A stretch of 56,678 bases of DNA, counting the filler, from Diploschistes diacapsis (lineage: Eukaryota): NCBI GenBank assembly GCA_023645945.1. It is 6 parts of 6 records of this genome, joined end to end, with 100 filler letters (N's around TTAATTAATTAA, not from the genome) between each part and the next. Parts side by side here need not be neighbours in the genome. Positions count along the whole stretch, not along the records: positions 18,952 to 28,320 come from JALAIB010001050.1; positions 28,421 to 37,779 come from JALAIB010001051.1; 4 more parts are not named here. One strand, 5' to 3'. Below the pieces are notes generated by a model, which was given only the letters and a program-made list of their open reading frames with translations, had not been told where the DNA came from and searched no databases. The position numbers were made by a program, and so were the translations under genes. Numbering within the stretch: position 1 is the first letter of the stretch; each line of letters opens with the position of its first letter. Below, piece by piece: positions 23,374 through 33,823 of the stretch.

Positions 23374-24620
23374 ATGATAGTTCCGGTGGTGAGCAGAGCT
23401 GTTCGTCGAAAAGCCTTGCCACGGCTGTCGTCATGCTCATTATCGAGTTCGCCATCCTCCCATATCAGAACTCGTATACCGCCAGTATCAATCGGTTGTC
23501 AACGCCGGAACTCATCCTCGAAACCTTCAAAGTCATCGGACGGTAATTCTCGTGTCCCGCCAAGCGTTTCCCCCCAACATCAGACCTCCTCGCAGTCGTC
23601 AAATCCTTCAAGTGGCGACTCACAGCACGTCTCGGCCCCTACAGAGGCACCCGTGGAGGAGCCCGCTCGATCAGAAGGACCCAAGAAGGAAGCCACTCCA
23701 GTAGAGGAGTCCGCAAAGGATGCTGCCCCTACACCTCGAAAACGAACGTTCCTGAAGATGGGAAGGACACGATCTAAAGAAGCAATAACAAAAACCGCAC
23801 CTGCCTCTCTAACTACCTCCCTTCTCCCTCGCGCTCCATCTACGGAGCACTTGCAGCGACAAGGCAAGCCCTATGTTCAAACTTACAAAGACGACGCACT
23901 AATTCACATCCCCCAGCAGACGTACACCTAGCCTCCCTCTTCGCCTTTCACCGTCCTATATCTGTCTCCGACGCCCTGCCCACCCCCAAGACTGAAAAAG
24001 ACTTCTCGCAAATTTTCTCCCCTTCCCATCCTCCAGCAAAACAATCAACGGCCCAAGTTATCTTCACCCTCGCCTCGGCCGTCAAGTCCTTGGAAACCGT
24101 CACTAAGCAACGGGGCCATGATCGACAACCGCAAGACAGCAACCCCCAGCTTACGCCCGCAGAGCAAGATCTCCGCGAAGCTGTGACACAGGCCTCGCAA
24201 TCCAACGCCTCTCCCTCCGCTGAGACACGACAAGCCGTGCTCATCAGCATCGAGGAGTTAGCCAAAAACTTCCGCCCCTTCCATCCTCCGCCTCCGCCGG
24301 TTCCCATGGCCGACCGGTTAGATACTGAAACACAAGTACTCGACCACTCCGCGCAGGAAATGTCCCGCCTCGCCGCCGTCGTCGACGAGCTCTCCCTACC
24401 GGACTCTCCCCCCCAGCCCTCTGTTGTCCCGCGGCAGCCGTTCCTGAACCGAATGCGGATCCGGTTCTGGAAGCGCGAGGAGGCGATGCGAGAGCGACGG
24501 CAGGAGATTTATAGGGCCATCAGCGTCAAGAGGCAGCGGAGGCTGAAGATGAAGAAGCACAAGTATAAGAAGCTGATGCGGCGGACGAGGAATCTGAGGA
24601 GGAGGCAGGACAGGCTTTGA
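23374..24620 (+). CDS. COX24: Mitochondrial small-subunit ribosomal protein mS38/Cox24 (DUF1713 C-terminus), 2 exons with a GC-AG intron
   Basis: Arg/Ser-rich presequence with QRRNSSSKPS, internal VHLASLFAFHRPIS and terminal AISVKRQRRLKMKKHKYKKLMRRTRNLRRR. Confidence 0.88.
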
Positions 24621-25254
24621 TGGGGAAGCTGATTGAATGTGTTGGCTTGGTTTGGCTTGTGGCAAGCTTTTGGGTGCATCCTTTATATATATGGCTGTTG
24701 TAGCCTGTAGGTCCTGTTGGACGGTAGAAGCCGGAAGGCTTGGGAATGAGATGTTTTCTTATATGGACCTTTGAGACGTACGCATTGATTGAACGTTCTG
24801 AACTGGCCATGGTGAAAGTACGATTGCACATCACAATGGGTCCGCGGGATTACTACATATACAAGACCATATTCATATCCTGCATTAACAATACCTACGT
24901 GATGGAACTATAGTCGCCCATTAAACCAAACATCAGACCTATTTCGCGTAGAAACCCAGGCAATCGAACAAGAAACCGTATTGCATTCCCACCTAGCTCA
25001 ATATGCGCAGTAAAGTACAGTGCAATCTCGAACTCCAATTTCTATACAAGAACCGAGCACCGTGCCAATGAGAATTATCAACCCTCTCTCCACGGGACTT
25101 GACCCGCTTCCTTCAACTCCATCCTACACTCCTACCGCGCGTCCTTGCTCGCCACCTTTTCACCACTTCAAGTATCAATCAGATATGTCCAGTGTGCCAT
25201 TAGCTTATGTCGTCCAGAAGTGTCCGATCGTAATTAGACGAGAGTTGAAAGCGC

Positions 25255-26121
25255 TTAGCACTTGGCATCGCCGATGCTCGAGTTCATCAGCAGTGCAACA
25301 ATGAGACCGTAAAGACCTGCAAACGTTAATAATGCATATTACATAGTTCAGGAAAACACCAACCCAAGACTTCAGCGAAAATGAGAATCAAAATCATGCC
25401 AACGAAAAGCCTCGGCTGCTGAGCAGTACCGCGGACACCAGCGTCACCCACAATTCCAATGGCAAAACTAACAACATTAACGTTTTGGCTCTTGCTGTTC
25501 CCATATATCGACTGCTTACCCAGCCGCAAGACCAGCCAATCCAACACTGAGCCCAGCACCCAACTGAACGAAGCCAGCGTATAACGAAAGTTCTTGCTTG
25601 AGGCCAGAGGAGATCAAGACCGACACGACCAGACCGTAGATACCGATAATACCAGCCATGATAACGGGGACGATGTCTAGACACATCTCTCAGTACTCTT
25701 TACTGCTTATGACAGCCAAAATATTTTAGACCTACTCTTGACAATCAAATCCGGTCGCAAAACACCCATCGCTGAGATACCAACACCAGACTTCGCAGTG
25801 CCGTAGGCGGCGCCAAAACAGGCGAACACGATAGCTGAGGTGCAGCCCATCGCGCCAAAAAAGGGCTATCATGTGTGTTAGATATCGCTGTTGTCATAAA
25901 ATCTCGTTGCCCCCAGGCGGCAACATTTTTGCTGGTGTGGCAAAGACAGTGCCGACTTACGGCATATACGGGACTGTGGGAGAAGGAATTAGCATCTTGT
26001 ACGTGAGGGGCGCATTAGAGAGTGCAAGGAGGGCGAGATAGTCATCAGAGCTTCTTAGAATCTTAAAGCATAAACCCTTCAAAAAGCAAAATGCTGCCAC
26101 CTACCAAAGATCCGACGACAT
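25255..26121 (-). CDS. VMA3: V-ATPase V0 proteolipid subunit c, 6 exons
   Basis: Spliced [24 protein letters not shown]...[11 protein letters not shown]...[17 protein letters not shown]...[39 protein letters not shown]; the essential Glu is present. Confidence 0.96.
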
Positions 26122-26643
26122 CTTGACAACTGTGATATTCTTCTCTAAACCTCCAAAGTCTCTTTCAAAGTATCAAAATCGGCTAGAAATGCACTTCAGA
26201 GCTGGACACAAAAGAACTATTCGGTGGAAAGCAGACGGTGGTGCAAGCTATTGTTTTGAGGATGTGTTGTAATCGATGGTGAGGTCGACAGAAACCCGAA
26301 TGAGGCGTTGAAAGGGAGCTAAACCCAGCCGGGCAGCAAGAGCCTGGAGTGAATCACGTGTTGGAGGGCTTAGCGCCAGTAATTACGAAGCGAGTGCTGC
26401 CAAGCATCGTGAATTATCTTTGGTGGGAGAGAACTCATTTTTGGGGGGTTTGAAACTGATAATAATGATAGACGGCTAATTTTAAACAAACACAAAGGGC
26501 GAGCGAGCGCAAGGAACCCTTTAATTCCTTTTTCTATTCTTTGAAATTCACGGCTTATATGAAAGGTTCTAGTCGTATCTATCAAGCCTACTTTTACTTG
26601 CTACAGCAGCTTCATCACAAAAGCTTCGACGTCGCAACTCGAA
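26122..26643. promoter_or_regulatory. Probable bidirectional promoter region between divergent VMA3 and SNU13
   Basis: Head-to-head start codons about 520 bp apart; inferred from gene geometry only. Confidence 0.5.
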
Positions 26644-27336
26644 ATGGCAGCCAACGAGCAGTCAGCCGGTACATCTCCCTCTCTTTTCCCCTTCTCCTCC
26701 CTCCTCATCTCCCCTCCTCTTCCACACTCTCCGCTAACCCTCTCTCTCAAACCCCTCGCACAGCATGGCCCATAGCAGACTCCACCCTCTCCCAAGAGCT
26801 CTACGACATGGTCCAACAAGGCTCACACTACGGGCAACTCAAGAAAGGGGGTACGTGTCTCTCGACCCTAAAAGAAACACAACAAAAGCTAACACGGTCC
26901 CGCGTCAGCCAACGAGGTAAGCTAACAATATCAAACGCCTGATTCCGAAGTCTCCGCACTGATTCGCGCCGAAACCAGGCCACGAAGTCCCTCAACAGGG
27001 GAACAGCAGAACTCATCATCCTAGCAGCCGACACCTCGCCTCTGGCCATTCTGTTGCACCTACCGATGCTGTGTGAAGACAAGAGTAACGTCTTTCCCCC
27101 CACCCCCTTGAGAGAAAACAAACGAGTTCCGCGTGAGGTGAGCTCCGAAAGCTGACCTTTTCTTTTTTTCCCGGCCAGACGTGCCGTATGTCTACGTACC
27201 GAGTAAAACAGCGCTTGGCAGGGCCTCGGGGGTGTCGAGGGCCGTGATTGCGGTGAGCATCACGAGTAACGCCGGGAGCGATTTGCAGGGCCAGATACAG
27301 GGGCTGAAGGATAAGGTTGAGAGGCTGATGATTTAG
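26644..27336 (+). CDS. SNU13: Snu13/15.5K K-turn-binding protein (L7Ae family), 5 exons including an 8-nt microexon
   Basis: [13 protein letters not shown]...[68 protein letters not shown]...KDKVERLMI*. Confidence 0.96.
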
Positions 27337-27706
27337 ATGGTTGGGGCGAATGAGCGGTAAGGGACGAGGCCAAAAGACGGTTGTGTCGAGATTGGGATTT
27401 TTGACTTGCAAGGCGAAGGAGACATCAGGACGAGGTGGTCAGAGACCTGATTTGGCGGCATCTCAGCATGCTGTCTCTCCTAGCCATGTTATGTGAACTC
27501 CGGGTTGGCGTGATTTGGCCCGAGGCCTTTCAGAGGAAGCCGGTTGGAACGAAGGTGGCTTATCTGAAGTCGGACTCATGGTCAGACTCAAACTTTCCAA
27601 CAAGTCATGCTTGAGAGTTATAGTGCGTGGTATGACAAATCTCATTACTCGTCGATACTCATGAGCGTATACGTCCACTACCAATTCCCCGAGTTCAACC
27701 CTGACG

Positions 27707-27761
27707 CTATGGTTATGCTATGCTATGCTATGCTATGCTATGCTGTGATATGCTGTGATAT
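27707..27761. repeat. (TATGC)n microsatellite with degenerate flanks
   Basis: ttatgctatgctatgctatgctatgctatgctgtgatatgctgtgata. Confidence 0.85.
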
Positions 27762-27907
27762 GGTTGCAGCGCTCACAAAGAAAATAGTGGTATAACCCAT
27801 CACCGGCCCCATCTCTGAAAGAATGTCACTCAATCCATCCCAAAATATATATAATGAAGCGAATGTACCCACCAAGCCCACCTTACCTTCTCACACCGAC
27901 AAACACT

Positions 27908-28320
27908 TTAAAAGCCCTCCCTCCCATCCCTCGTTCGCTCTCTCCGACCGCTCCCACTCGGCGCCACCCACCGTGGCTTCCCGCCAAGCCCTCCTCTATC
28001 ACCGGGACCGCACAGAACCTGCCACTTCGCCGTTCCCCTGATCCCCTCGTTCGCCCCCTGCTCTCCCCTCGCCGGACTCCTTCCCTGCTGCCTCAGCAAA
28101 TGCTCGCCCCTCTGCCTCTGCAGCTCCAGGTGTGCCGGCACCATGCCCATGCCACTTCCTTTCCGGCCCTTCACGGTATGCGTCGGCAGCTCGTAAGGCC
28201 CCTGTCCGCCGGCGTTGCAGTCCCAGTCCGTCTCCTCGGCGTCGGTGGACTCATAGATCTCTGCGTTGGCGGGCAGCGCCTCCCAGGCCGGCAGCACGAA
28301 GTTTGGTTTGCGCTTCAGGC
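27908..28320 (-). CDS. 3' end of an unidentified gene truncated by contig end
   Basis: GC-rich frame open from the contig edge (LKRKPNFVLPAWEALPANAEIYESTDAEETDWDC...) to a stop at 27908; no family recognised. Confidence 0.35.
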
Positions 28321-28420
28321 NNNNNNNNNNNNNNNNNNNNNNNNNNNNNNNNNNNNNNNNNNNNTTAATTAATTAANNNNNNNNNNNNNNNNNNNNNNNN
28401 NNNNNNNNNNNNNNNNNNNN
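28321..28420. other. Artificial contig spacer
   Basis: N44-TTAATTAATTAA-N44. Confidence 0.99.
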
Positions 28421-28799
28421 CCCCCCCCCCCAACCCACAAAGTAAACCCTCATTAAGTTAAAACATGCTGGCAAAGCAAGCAAGGTGCTTACTCAGCCAA
28501 AGGCAACATACCCCTATCTTCAACTCCTGTGATGATGTGCAAAATGAATTGTCTTGCAGCCTGTAGCAAAGGGACGATTATTTTGGGCCATATTTTTGTT
28601 GTATATTCATACTAGCCTAAATATGTTCTCCTAGTAAATCAATGCCAGTTGCATGCAAAACCAAGCTCATAGCGTGAATACCGAGCACCGCCCCCTGCCA
28701 TCCGTAAAAGGCTCAAGGTATCTCTCACACGCGTTCATCAGACCAAAGACGGACCCTCGCTTGGACTCCCCCATCCTGTAAAAGCACCCGTAGTTGTTG

Positions 28800-30475
28800 T
28801 TAGTACTCCTCGTCGTCTTCCCAGTGGTAGTTGACGGGACGAAGCTGCGGCCTGCGCGGGCGATTCTCCTCGCTAACGCGGTGGATCAGGCTCTCGTTGA
28901 TGCGCTGGCTCTCCAGATTCTGAGGCCGCACGCGGGCAAACTTGCGGTCGTTGGCTTTGCTTGCTCCTTGGCCCTGTGAAGATGTTAGCGAGGAGGCGCC
29001 GGTGTTCGGAGCATCGTGCCGCTCGTCATACCTTGAAGCCGCTGTGGCTGATTTTGCCGGCCTTGCTGACCGAAGTCCAGGCGCTGGAGCTGGGAGCGGC
29101 GGAGGACGAGGGGGCGTAGCTGCTGCTCGCGACCGAGGCGGTTTCGGTGATCTCGTGGGGATTTCCGTGCTGATCGTAGGCCGTGTACTTCTTTGCGGAA
29201 TCGGTGACCGGCAGGCGCTGAGGACGCACGTCGTCTTCGTCGTCTTCCTCGCTGCTGTTGTCGTTGTATGGGACTTGGCTGGCTGAGCTCTGACGAGACA
29301 ATCGATGAGTTTTCGGGGAGAAACAGAAAAGGTATGCGATGAGAAGAACACTCACGAATGCTGAAACAGAGCCACGAGGGGATCCGCTAGGGCCGTGGAC
29401 CGTAGCTGCCGACACGGTCTTCGTATCAACGTCTTCGTCGCTCTCGTCATCCTCATCATCATCAGCAGCAGCAGCAGCATATGGACCGTTGAGGCTGAGC
29501 TTCTGGAACATGTTGGCTGATGCGCGAATCTGGCCCAAGTTTCCCGTTGTAAGCTTTGGTTCGGCTGCGCCTGGACTTGCTTCACGTGCTTTGAGCTTGA
29601 CGCCTCCGCGGCCCTCGGTGGTGCTGGTAGCGCCACTGGCGAGGGATCTAGCGTAGGCACTGGATTGAGCGCTCAATGGAACTCCAGAGTATCCACTGAT
29701 ACTCTTTCCTGATGTCTCGTAACCTGAGAGTTCACGGCTTGATCCAGTTGCGCCACTTCCAGGAGCCCTGGCCTTGGCTTGCCTGTTCTTGTCGAGAAGG
29801 AACTCCTAGTGGCTTGTTAGCTGCTCGAACGAGTTCGGACTCTTCTGAAACTTACGCCAGTGTAGGTTGCCCTCTCCCAAGGATCTTTGCGGTGACTGTT
29901 GATGGACCGCTGATCTGCATCTTCGCCTTGCTCGAGCTCGAGCTCGACAGCGTTTCCGGGGAGCACAAGCGCCGTAGCGTCCATGCAGGCGATGCATTTC
30001 TACGTTGTATCAGCACTGGATCTTGACCATTCCATGGAAAGCTCACCGCTTGGTCAGGAGTTCGACGTTGAGCAAGGGCAAACTTCTTGAGAGGCTTGGC
30101 CTCCGCACAGATGATGCAGTACATTTCCACTGGCTGTGCTCCGGTGCACTGAAAGCACCTGACGGAATTTTCAGGCTTGATGATGGCACGACCATGGCGA
30201 GCCACCTTCTGCCGAAGATCGGTCAGTTGCTTGTTGGAGAACTGGGTGTGCGATTTGTTTTTTTTGCACACAGCACATGGGATCCTGTTTCGCTCATCAG
30301 CGTCGTTTTGGGAGAGGCCGTAACGCGAACATGTTGGGTAGCTGAACTCGATCGATCCTAGAATGGAGTTAATTTGCTATGATTCCAAGACTCGGACACG
30401 AAACGGTCGTCAAGCCTTTACGTACATGGCAGAGCCGATCTCCTTCCGCCCGGTGTACAGATTGGATGATGGCAT
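28800..30475 (-). CDS. Stc1-domain (tandem zinc finger) protein with a long Ser/acidic disordered tail, about 7 exons
   Basis: Spliced IPCAVCKKNKSHTQFSNKQL...RCFQCTGAQPVEMYCIICAEAKPLKKFALAQRRTPDQAKCIACM gives four CxxC pairs with the FSxKQ and FxxxQR motifs of the Stc1 domain. Downstream exons join in frame to ...HWEDDEEY*. Confidence 0.8.
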
Positions 30476-31698
30476 CTTGAAAGTACCCCGACGCGTATGG
30501 GGGCAAAGCGGTAAGAAGTAGATGGAATATTGGAAACTCTGGTGCTTGAAGCAAATGCAGCTGGTTGAGATGCGTAAGTAGAACAGATCAGATGAACGAG
30601 GAGCAGCATATATAGCCACAATATTACTGCGTGGGTGTTGAATTTGTGTAAGTTTGTATTAATGGTAAGGGGTTTGTTTGCTGTTCAAAGAGAACCTAAT
30701 GATTATCTAAACTCGATGCAACAGGCAGTGAACACAATTTTCACATTTTGCAGTAATTTCCGTCTCCGGTGGGAAAGAGGCGATGGGGGAGCTCTTGGTT
30801 CTTCTTTCTGCTGATATTGGCAGTTGCATGTATCCATCTACCTCCGGCGTCGGGCATGTTTTTGGAGGTCCGGACAGTTGGACATGATACTGATATTGTT
30901 TTGGACAAAGGTGCTCCTTAACCCCCATGCAGAGAAATCCGAGTTTCGTTTGTTCCCAATAGAACGGAAGATAGTCTCATGCGTATGGACGATAGACAAT
31001 GACGGCACAACGACCAGCAATGATCAATAGGAGATATGCACGAGCAGAGAAGGAAAGAAGACCTTCAGATTGGCTTTGAGTTCCTTCTCAAGGAGCGTAT
31101 TTTATAAGCTGCAAAGGACTGACCGTATCCCAGTGTTGTTTGCGTCAGAAGTGGAGAGAACTCACCTTCATTAGTATATGGTATTTCTATCTCTACACGG
31201 TGAGCATGCATTTGCTTCACGTTCACAATTCACAACAAAAGCAGGAAGGAACATGGCTTTCTTTTTCTAGGCGTCGACCCCCTAAAAGAAGTCCCCACTA
31301 AACAAGCCATGAGCAGGCCACGAGGGCCGGAAGCTTTTGGTCCGGAGTTCCCGATGGAGTGGAAAGTTTGGAAATAGCTCGTGATTGGGCTCGCTAGTAT
31401 AGTGCTCTCAACGAGGCCTATCACAGCAAAGGAAATGCTGAGCTAAGGCAAGATGTCCAATAGGATCTTCAGGAACATGAAACCTATCCCCATTCGCTGC
31501 AGCAGCAAGCGAGGCACAGCCTGACCACACCACGCCACGCCTCGTTTGTAGCTTACTTGGTTACTTGAGTCAGGAGTCAGGAACGGCACATGGGGGGAAT
31601 TATTTACGTCTACAGTCTACACGTTACAACAACGTTCCTTTCCCATCCACCCACGTCAGAAAATAGTGCCTTTTCACTGGCAGGGCACGGGAGGACAC

Positions 31699-31741
31699 AA
31701 AATTGCAGAAAATTGCAGAAAATTGCAGAGGATTGCAGAAG
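31699..31741. repeat. 10-bp tandem repeat (AAAATTGCAG) x4
   Basis: aaaattgcagaaaattgcagaaaattgcagaggattgcagaag. Confidence 0.85.
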
Positions 31742-32627
31742 ATTTTGCGGTACTTACTTTATTCTGCCGTTAACTACTACGAGGCAAATGGTGGAGATTT
31801 TCCCTTCCCCTGCCGTGTGTGTTGGAAAAAGGTCGATGACAAATTTGCTGACGACGCGCTATGGACGGATGTGCAAGACAGCTCCTTTGAGCTCGATCGG
31901 GCCCAATCTCCGGCTAGATTATTCCCTGTGCCGAGTGTTGTCGTGGCATGATGGAATCCATGACAGAAAAAATGTCTACTCTGTACATGAGGACTATATA
32001 CCTTGGAACAACCATACTTTGTTTTGCGTGTCGCAGTCTGCGGTCTGCAGTCTGCACTTGCCTCTCGGAGACAGCATGCCAATCATGTTCCGAGAATTAC
32101 AAAATAACACGCACTTGAGCCCTATTTGGTGGCATAACAAAGACACTGGTTGGCTGCCCTAGATTATTACCAGGTGGAATGGAGAAAGGGGGGAGCAGGG
32201 AGGTGGGTGTGGAAGAAGACAGAGAGAGTGAGAGGGGCGAAGGCTGAGGCATGGCTCGCCCGACCAATATTCTTTTTCGCTGAGCAGCAAGTCGTCAGTG
32301 CTCGCAGTGGGCAAAAATAGCCAGAAGACTGACTGGGTTTAGCGGCATTATTAGGTCGTGTTAGTGGCACGGGCCGATGAAAAGTGAGCCAGCCTTGCAG
32401 TGTGCTTGAGCCTGTGGTTCTTGTACACGTTTGTCAGAAGGGGAGAGAGAGAGAGCGCGTGTTGGGGAAGTATGGGAGTATGGAGTATGGAGTATGGAGT
32501 AATTGCTGCCCAACGTGAAAAAGCCGGTCGGCCCAAAACCCCTTCAAGTTACCCCGTCCCCCCGGAGCTTTGTGCCAACTTGTCACTTTCCCCCGCTAAC
32601 CACTCCCCAGTTGAATTGGCTTCGTAC

Positions 32628-32702
32628 CATCACCCGTCACCCATCACCGTCACCATCATCACCACCATCATCACCATCATCATCATCATCATCATCATCA
32701 TC
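32628..32702. repeat. (CAT/CAC)n trinucleotide microsatellite
   Basis: catcacc...catcatcatcatcatcatcatcatc in the IME2 upstream region. Confidence 0.9.
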
Positions 32703-32920
32703 CCTTCCTTTTCCCGTCTACTTGGATTTTTTTTTCTTTTCCTTGGCTTGCAGTACAGTACCTGACTTCCCGCTCAGACACTACCCAGTCGCGTTGTGCT
32801 GCACTCCACTGCACTGACTGCACTACTGACCTGCCGCTGCACACCAGCTTCATGACCGTCTTCTTCCGTAAACCCCCTAAGCCTTCCTGCCCATTGCGAG
32901 CTCTCACCGTTCCTTCATTG

Positions 32921-32970
32921 CATAAATACATAAATACATACATACATACAGACATACAGACATATACAGA
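32921..32970. repeat. (ATAC/ATAA/AGAC)n tetranucleotide microsatellite
   Basis: cataaatacataaatacatacatacatacagacatacagacatatacaga. Confidence 0.8.
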
Positions 32971-33823
32971 GTATACAAACCAACCGTTTATTCAAGCCTC
33001 GTTCGTGCTTACCCTATCTTGTCCCTCGTTCCTTTTCAAAACACACGTTCTCCTGGATATCCCGGAGTCATAGCTTCTTCTTCACCCTGCTCCCCAATCC
33101 TCGAACGGCCATCGTGCCTGGACCTATCCGCAATCTCTCTTCCCGGTCAAACATCAAGCTACTTTCATAGCTCCAATATCGTCCAATCTTTTTGCTACAT
33201 CGACATCCATTTGTTTATCCTCTCGTTTTATTCTCACCGCTATCCAACTCCCTGCTCCCCCCTTTGGCCCTTCCGGTTCCCGTTAGTGCTCTCCCTGTTC
33301 CAATCCTGGTATAGAGCTTTGCTGACCATAAGCCCTTGAATTTGCAGTTCAAACTTTGCTCAAGATTTTTCAGAACCCAACCTACTTACCTGACCAACAA
33401 CGCCCATCTCGAGATTCCGCTCCAATCCTGACTTCTCAACACGCAGATAAGGCATCCAACGCTCTCCAGTCCAGACGTCGTGTCTCTGCATTGAATTTCG
33501 CCATCATTGGCCATTTCTCGCCGCATGCTTGACGACAAATCGGCTACAACGAGATCCAGTTTACGAATGTGCACCGCTCATAGTCCGCAGCCCTTCTTCG
33601 AGAGACCCATCCACCATATACGAGAGAAGGTTTGGAGTGGAAGGTCATACGACAGCCTTCAATCCGGGATGAGTGCTGGACCTTCTGCTTGATTCCTCGC
33701 CAATAGGTGATTCTCCTGGACCAAGCTTGTTCTGCTGTTGGAAGTATTGCTGCGGGCCAGCTCTCTGCAACCTGCACACATCAAGCTTTCGAATATCTAC
33801 CTCACGATCCTTCAGCCATCATA

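Noticed and set aside
31590..32955. ORFs of 100-190 aa between the Stc1-domain gene and IME2, one with a poly-Ile hydrophobic run
   Set aside because: The hydrophobic run is a translated CAT microsatellite; no family motifs. Best read as regulatory or leader DNA.
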